Positions 57,835 to 64,000 of a DNA stretch of 64,000 nucleotides are shown in pieces (the first letter of the stretch is position 1; every line of letters starts with the position of its first letter). The stretch lies in IMG/VR virus record IMGVR_UViG_3300033986_000160; one strand, given 5' to 3'. Position numbers and translations under genes: made by a program. The notes beneath the pieces were generated by a model that worked only from the letters and a program-made list of their open reading frames with translations, was not told the DNA's origin and did not search any database. Source of the DNA: an uncultured virus (IMG/VR IMGVR_UViG_3300033986_000160) (Duplodnaviria > Heunggongvirae > Uroviricota > Caudoviricetes).

Positions 57835-60800
57835 ATATCCAGAGTATCTGGGCAGACAGAGAAAATGGGCCGAAGATTATGACAGAGACGATACCGTAAA
57901 AGACGACAGCATCTTATCAAAACTGCTTATCGCTGCGGCGATAGGTGCTGCCGGATATGGTTTATATAAAAGCGGTGCATTAAGAAAGGCCATCAGTAAA
58001 GGCATTGATGAATTAGGGGAGTATAAAGGCGTTATCCCTGAAGCATTCAATGCCTTAAAAGCATGGACTAAAACTGATGTGGATGTTCCAATCGGAAGCA
58101 TATTCCGTCAGAATTTTTCCTCCTTAAAGTCTGTATCTAACTTTGTAAAGAACAAGGACATTATAAATGACACCCTTGCCGATTTACGTGGTCTTCGTGA
58201 AATGGTTCAAAAGAGGATCGCACAGGTTAAAGATGAAGCCGACAGGATTACCAAAATGGCTGTCAAGGAAACAGACTTATTGTTTGAGATAGGTAATCTC
58301 AATGAAATGATGGATTCTGTCAAAGCAGACGATATACTGAAACGCCACCAAATGGAAATCGGAAACAAGGCACTTCAGACACTGATAGAAAAGAGAAGCG
58401 AAGGAGCTATGTCAAAGGCTGCCCAAGCAAAGCTCAAACAAAATGGATACAGGCTTCTTACTATAGGTGATGTTCTCAAGGTAGACACACAGACAAATAA
58501 ACCGTTGCTTATTAACAGCACAAGCAGGTTCGAAGTAGAAGAACAGACATTAAAAGAACTGACAGATTTCTTCTCTACCTTTGAGGTAATAGACAAAAAG
58601 ACCGGGAAGAAGTCTCTTGCAATCAATAACTTTGACATGATCAAAGACATCACATTCGATAGAGGACTCATGATCAATGAGTTCGGAAAGATTGCAGACA
58701 TAAGGCGAGCTGACAGACACTTTGCACAGATGATGGTTTCTGCTTCGCTTGATTTTCATATACCGTTAATAAAGATACGTCCGTTTGAAATGGTCGGACT
58801 GCATAACAAATTCATGCGTCAGGAAGTAAAATACGGTTATCTGTCTGCAAAAACATTTCAGCCAATACTTACAGGTAAGCCCGGTCAGGAGTATCTCGGC
58901 AAGAGCATGGTGTTCATGCACGGTAATGTATTTGACATAGATAAAAACGGTAACATGAAATTAGTTGCCCAGGGAGGTAAACTGCTCCATATTCGTGACG
59001 ACGCAAACGTTGGATATGGAATCAGCAAACACGCCGATATCATAAGAAAAATGGCAAACCTTCAGAATGTACACTTCCAGACGTACACAGCCGAGGACGG
59101 ACGAATCAAGGCGGCTTACTCTAAAGTGATGGAATGGTTCGGGCTTGGTTTCCAGGACAAGAAGATATCAACGGAATTTGAACTCTTTAAGCCTTCAACA
59201 TGGGATTCTCTACTTAATAAATGGCAGCCGTTCAGGCCATACAAATCCTCATTTGTAACAAGACCGCAGGATTCTTTCGGACATTCTCCGACAGGTCCTA
59301 CGTATTTGTTTATGTATCAAGGCAAGACATTTAAAGACGTAATGCAAGGCAGCGTATCTATAGAGGATTTCTTCAAGCAGTTTGTTGCAGGAAGAAAGAA
59401 CTTGAAGAATGTAACTACGGCAACAATGGTTCCGTATCATCTTCTTGACCGTCTCAGCAACTCGCTGAGAGCTGTTAGTGCAGGTGGTATTAGCCTTGGC
59501 TTAAAGACAGAAGACCTTGGATCGGTCCAGGATATCTTCAAGAACTTGATGCTAAAGCGTATACTTCCGGTTTATCTTGGCATACAGGCTTGGATATACA
59601 TAAATAACAAAGAAGAAGGCAAACAGCCTGAAGACAAGATTGCAAATACTGTTGTAAACCTCGACCTTGCATGGCATGGAGTAAAAGACAGGCTCGGCCT
59701 TACATCTTGGGCAAAACGCGTATCTCAGCTTATGCCAGGAGGAGAGCAGATAAGTGACATTCCCGGTCTTGGAGTTCTCGATATGACTTCAACCAGGGAG
59801 GAAAAAGAACAATGGTACAAGACTGGTATGGAGCCAATTCGTAAAGGGCGTTACTGGAGTCTTGGCAATACTCCATTTACTGGAGGCAAGATAGAATATT
59901 ATGCACCAAATTGGTACAGAAGGGTAATCAGCGATTACAAGTGGACAGATTCACAGTGGGGAAGTCGGGATGAATACTTTGCAAATGCTCCATTTCCGAC
60001 TCCAAAATATCCTTTCGCTCCAATACGGCACTTTATTACTGACCCGTATCATTGGGAGAAAAAGCATTATCATGACAGACCATACATGCTGTCGTCTCCG
60101 GCATTCAGTAATGTACCAATAGTAGGTCCTGTACTCAGTGCAACTCTTGGCCGGCTGTTAAAACCACAGATTCGCATGCATCCTGAAGCATGGGCACCAA
60201 AACTTGAAGGGTATTCGGTCGTGGATCAAGGAACAGGAGATAACACCGGTACTGTTCTTCCTGACCAATTGGTTGCAACAAATAGGTTTCCTGGAACTGA
60301 AATCACAGTTGTCCCTGAAGCAGAAATGGGACAGAAGCCGCTTGATTCATTGTTTCATTGGAGCAGGAAACCGAAGACCAATACAAATGATATTATATAT
60401 GTTACGCCAAGCGGGCAAACAAGCATTGTCAGCATACCTAACAGCATCTCAATCAAGGATTTGAACGACCAATTACGTAAAGAATCAATCAGGAAAGTCC
60501 GTGGTGCGTCTGAGAAACGTGATGGTGGTCTGATTAAAGATAACGCTGTTGCAAAACAACTCATCAGCAATATCGAGAATACGTTAAATGACCAATACGA
60601 TGTATTCTCTGAAATTGGAGGTATATATGGATTCGGTATCAATGCTCTTATAGGTAATGGTTCTGATGTTGGTGGTGTTGAAATCGAAACACCCGCCTAT
60701 GCGACATCCTTAAATAAAGCATTCTGGGATCAGGATCTCGGTGGACTTGGTGGAGAATTCTCTGAAATCTATCGTAGGTTTATACCAAAGAGAAGGCGTG

Positions 60801-63385
60801 AGATTGAATATTACAATCCAATCAGAAACACCATGCCTACATGGATGCCGGGAACAGATTATTTTACAGACTTCCAGCATGGTGATCCTTACGTCAAGAT
60901 TAAACGTGGAGAAGCAAGACTTCCTGGAGAAGGGTATGAGAAGCTATATGGAATCAGAGACCCTATGGAGCTCGGAATAGGTTCGTCGTTTATAGGTAAA
61001 TCAGTTGATGATATCGTTAAACATTTCTTACACCAGGACGAAATCATAGACGAAGACCAGCTTGATATTGTGCAATCTGGTACAGATTTTCATGAGAAAG
61101 TTCAGTCGGCATGGAAAAAGAAAGGCTTGCTTCTTGATGCAGAAGTTGAAGTTAATGACAGGAAACACAATGTCATTGGATTCTATGATGCACGTATTCT
61201 TGATGAATCTTCACCAACAGGCGACGCTATTGCCGAAATAAAGACAATCAACGATAATGGGTTTAAGGAACTTGACAAAAAAGGGCCAATGGATTACCAC
61301 CAGAAACAGCTGAACTTCTATCTGTGGGCAACACATAGGCCAAAAGGTTATATTTATTACATCAACAGGGATCATCCGGAACAGGAAGCAAAAATATTCC
61401 CTATGGCATATGACCAGAAGATGATGGAAGAAACATTCAAGAATCTTGAGCAAGCCAGGAAGATCATCAAAGACAAAATAGCCTTAAATGAGATCCAAAG
61501 AGGAGACTTGTACGATTACTTTGACAGGTTCCGCATACTTGCAGATGTAGCACCATACTCAAAAGAGTTCAAAGAATACAGGGCTTTGATAAGCAAGATG
61601 CAGCTAACCAAGGAACAAGAGGCTGAAGCAAAGGAAATACGTAAGCGTGTAATTGAACAAAACAAACCGCTTAGGATATATCCTTATAAATTCCAGACTT
61701 CAAACATAAAAGTACAGACTGTAACTGTAAAACGCAAGATAGACAACGAGAAGTTCCTTACATATGAGTTCCCTGACAACCCAATAGAGCTTGCCGGCGT
61801 TAATCTTCCTAACAGCAAAACTTCCAAAGAAGGGAGGGCAGCAACTCAGTTTATTGACCGGTTTATCCATGAAGGAGCCAGGATACAGGTCGGAGTTGAT
61901 GCAGACCCGTTGAACCTTATACAGGATAACACTTATAAGACGATCAAAGCTGTCGTATACTCAGGCAAGACAAACATCAACCGCACGGCAATACAGCAGG
62001 GAGTAGGAAAGGAAAATGAAGATGACTTCTCGCCTGCCGGTGTTCATGCTCGTTTTACCGAAGGTGAAATCAGATTCGGCAAAGTATGGGAGAAATTCGC
62101 TCACTTGAATACTATGTTCCATATAAAGTTCTTGCAGGTAAGGTCTGCACTTGAGAGTTATGAACGCAGGGATTTATACGGCAAAGACTTTCAAAGATGG
62201 GAGCATCCTATCCGGGACTTCCTCCGCCCAGCAATCGACCAGAATATAAACAACAAGTATGGAATACTGGTTGGCGGTTTGGTCGGCTCATTGTTTGGCC
62301 GTACACTTTATGGTAAAATTATAGGAGCAACAGTTGGTGTTGCAGTAATTGGTTCAGGTAAGGCATACAAGAAAGCATATGAATTAATTTCAGGTGAGAA
62401 ATGGATACCTGAACGCAGGGAAAAAGAACGTGATTTAAACGAATACATTGACATCCTGAAATTTATCAAATACAAGCGATTGTATGTTGAGTATGCACAG
62501 AAATCAAAACTCAAGGAGAACTTTGATGTTCAGAAGTTCCTTGACGCTCAGAAAGCTCGTGGTGAAAAAAATAAAGCAAGAATCAAGGATCTTGAAGAAG
62601 CAAAGAGGTTAATAAAAATCAAGGGCGACAGTGCAATACGGTCGATGTATAAACAGTATAGACCAAAATACGGCACCCCAGGAATGAACGTGGACGAGAT
62701 GATATCTGCAATCAACAAAGAAATGACAGAACTCATGAATGAACGAAAGGCCGTTAAAGTTCCAAAGATTGCACAAAAGGCCATTGCATACTACAACTTA
62801 TCAGAGAAGACCATGTACGGATACGATGTCGGAGAGCCTATCCAAAACATCCTGGCCGCAATGCCAAAGAAGGATAGACAGTATCTCAGTTACTTTATGA
62901 AAGCTCCGGAAGAAGAACGCATGAAGATTCTTGAGGTGGCTCCACGGTATGTCCGCAGGGTTCTCGAACAAACATGGGGGCTGCCTGTTGAGGGCAAACC
63001 AGATCTTATTCAGTATTTCAAGCACCATCAACTTCCAGGACCTGACTGGGAAGGATGGGATGAAAACATAAACCTGGATCTGGTTAAAGTTAAAATGGTT
63101 CGTAATGAAGCCCTTGATATTTCAGATTTTAATATCTGGGAAGACGACGTGCAGCAGGCAAAAGCAATGGGACCTATTCCGCTGCCTAAACTATATATAA
63201 GTGACTATGCAGAGAAGGTAAAGGCAAAACTCGAAGATCTACTGCACGGAATAGGACTAAACGACGTATCTGTAAGCTATTCTCTATCATCAAAGGATAT
63301 TGATGTAGATATAGACCTGCAAAGAGACAAAAAGAAAGAGATAGAGAGGTACATTAACGAAAAAGGTGCATCTCTATTCCAATAG
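57794..63385 (+). CDS. giant virion protein (tape-measure position) with a PD-(D/E)XK nuclease and a degenerate SNase-like domain
   Basis: 1863 aa; GTDFHEKVQ..EVEV..GFYDARI..AEIKT..HQKQLNFYL; VKRKIDNE..IELAGVN; Gly-rich hydrophobic helices. Confidence 0.75.
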   Translation: MRSDDRWREHLRGKYPEYLGRQRKWAEDYDRDDTVKDDSILSKLLIAAAIGAAGYGLYKSGALRKAISKGIDELGEYKGVIPEAFNALKAWTKTDVDVPIGSIFRQNFSSLKSVSNFVKNKDIINDTLADLRGLREMVQKRIAQVKDEADRITKMAVKETDLLFEIGNLNEMMDSVKADDILKRHQMEIGNKALQTLIEKRSEGAMSKAAQAKLKQNGYRLLTIGDVLKVDTQTNKPLLINSTSRFEVEEQTLKELTDFFSTFEVIDKKTGKKSLAINNFDMIKDITFDRGLMINEFGKIADIRRADRHFAQMMVSASLDFHIPLIKIRPFEMVGLHNKFMRQEVKYGYLSAKTFQPILTGKPGQEYLGKSMVFMHGNVFDIDKNGNMKLVAQGGKLLHIRDDANVGYGISKHADIIRKMANLQNVHFQTYTAEDGRIKAAYSKVMEWFGLGFQDKKISTEFELFKPSTWDSLLNKWQPFRPYKSSFVTRPQDSFGHSPTGPTYLFMYQGKTFKDVMQGSVSIEDFFKQFVAGRKNLKNVTTATMVPYHLLDRLSNSLRAVSAGGISLGLKTEDLGSVQDIFKNLMLKRILPVYLGIQAWIYINNKEEGKQPEDKIANTVVNLDLAWHGVKDRLGLTSWAKRVSQLMPGGEQISDIPGLGVLDMTSTREEKEQWYKTGMEPIRKGRYWSLGNTPFTGGKIEYYAPNWYRRVISDYKWTDSQWGSRDEYFANAPFPTPKYPFAPIRHFITDPYHWEKKHYHDRPYMLSSPAFSNVPIVGPVLSATLGRLLKPQIRMHPEAWAPKLEGYSVVDQGTGDNTGTVLPDQLVATNRFPGTEITVVPEAEMGQKPLDSLFHWSRKPKTNTNDIIYVTPSGQTSIVSIPNSISIKDLNDQLRKESIRKVRGASEKRDGGLIKDNAVAKQLISNIENTLNDQYDVFSEIGGIYGFGINALIGNGSDVGGVEIETPAYATSLNKAFWDQDLGGLGGEFSEIYRRFIPKRRREIEYYNPIRNTMPTWMPGTDYFTDFQHGDPYVKIKRGEARLPGEGYEKLYGIRDPMELGIGSSFIGKSVDDIVKHFLHQDEIIDEDQLDIVQSGTDFHEKVQSAWKKKGLLLDAEVEVNDRKHNVIGFYDARILDESSPTGDAIAEIKTINDNGFKELDKKGPMDYHQKQLNFYLWATHRPKGYIYYINRDHPEQEAKIFPMAYDQKMMEETFKNLEQARKIIKDKIALNEIQRGDLYDYFDRFRILADVAPYSKEFKEYRALISKMQLTKEQEAEAKEIRKRVIEQNKPLRIYPYKFQTSNIKVQTVTVKRKIDNEKFLTYEFPDNPIELAGVNLPNSKTSKEGRAATQFIDRFIHEGARIQVGVDADPLNLIQDNTYKTIKAVVYSGKTNINRTAIQQGVGKENEDDFSPAGVHARFTEGEIRFGKVWEKFAHLNTMFHIKFLQVRSALESYERRDLYGKDFQRWEHPIRDFLRPAIDQNINNKYGILVGGLVGSLFGRTLYGKIIGATVGVAVIGSGKAYKKAYELISGEKWIPERREKERDLNEYIDILKFIKYKRLYVEYAQKSKLKENFDVQKFLDAQKARGEKNKARIKDLEEAKRLIKIKGDSAIRSMYKQYRPKYGTPGMNVDEMISAINKEMTELMNERKAVKVPKIAQKAIAYYNLSEKTMYGYDVGEPIQNILAAMPKKDRQYLSYFMKAPEEERMKILEVAPRYVRRVLEQTWGLPVEGKPDLIQYFKHHQLPGPDWEGWDENINLDLVKVKMVRNEALDISDFNIWEDDVQQAKAMGPIPLPKLYISDYAEKVKAKLEDLLHGIGLNDVSVSYSLSSKDIDVDIDLQRDKKKEIERYINEKGASLFQ

Positions 63386-63396
63386 GGGGTTAAAGC

Positions 63397-64000
63397 ATGG
63401 CAATTAGACCGGTAATGAGTGCTAATATGAACAGTAACCTGAAGATGAACAGGTATAGTGATTTCTTCAATGGCATGGATGAAGAAAAGATTGACGCATA
63501 TAAAAACGTCCGTGGAATGATAGATGAGTTAAAAGGTACTGAAGCCGACGTATCATTAAAGGACTTTTATTTCAAGTCATTCAATGCAGGAGTAATGGAT
63601 TATAACATTCCTGCACTTGAGCAAGGCATGAATATGTTTAATGATATGCTGGACGCCGGTGCCGGTTCTGTGTACGCAATGGACCTTGAAACTCTCGGCA
63701 ACCCTTTTGGTGATGCATCAGAAAAGGGTTTGTTTGCCATTACAGAAATGACTCTTACCAAGAAAGATCTCGCAACAGGTACTGTCCTTGACGTACAAAA
63801 CGTCCTGTTCGGCCTTACTGAAGAACAAAGGCTTGCTTACGAAAATCTGATTGCCAGAGCTGAACTCGGATACAACTCATTGACCAGTTCAGAAAAGGCA
63901 ACTATAGAACGTCTTGCAAGGTATGGAGCAAAGGATACTAAGATTATTAACAGAGGAGGCAAAGCAATACTTGCCAACCTCGGTATAGCTAATCCTATGG
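63397..64000 (+). CDS. 5' part of an ORF with a DEDD 3'-5' exonuclease ExoI-like motif
   Basis: Manual translation MAIRPVMSAN...SVYAMDLETLGNPFG...FAITEM; open to the window end; GGGGG RBS. Confidence 0.65.
   Translation, partial: MAIRPVMSANMNSNLKMNRYSDFFNGMDEEKIDAYKNVRGMIDELKGTEADVSLKDFYFKSFNAGVMDYNIPALEQGMNMFNDMLDAGAGSVYAMDLETLGNPFGDASEKGLFAITEMTLTKKDLATGTVLDVQNVLFGLTEEQRLAYENLIARAELGYNSLTSSEKATIERLARYGAKDTKIINRGGKAILANLGIANPM

Noticed and set aside
61078..61440. Cas4 / CRISPR-Cas system
   Set aside because: No Fe-S cysteines, no other cas genes and no repeat-spacer array seen in the window; it is a PD-(D/E)XK domain inside a larger protein.

Overview
This window is 64 kb of a large myovirus-type tailed phage genome (about 40% GC by eye). 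Strong Firmicutes-style RBSs and copper-amine-oxidase-N, SH3, LysM and PG-binding domains point to a Clostridia/Bacilli host. Positions 1-3.3 kb hold small minus-strand, early-type genes and a highly structured intergenic segment. A divergent hairpin/promoter region lies at about 3.3-3.8 kb. The plus strand then carries the morphogenesis region: DUF1599, a metallophosphoesterase, a terS candidate, four small Gly/Ala-rich proteins, terL, a two-catalytic-domain endolysin with a holin, portal, protease/scaffold, decoration protein and major capsid protein. Next come about 24 kb of modular fibre/appendage genes with an embedded U32-family Fe-S enzyme, neck genes, two sheath paralogues and three tube-like loci, one of them split across two genes. 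The window ends with two chaperone paralogues, a 1863-aa nuclease-bearing protein in the tape-measure slot, and the start of a further ORF with a DEDD-exonuclease-like motif. All calls come from motif recognition and gene order by eye; no database search was run.
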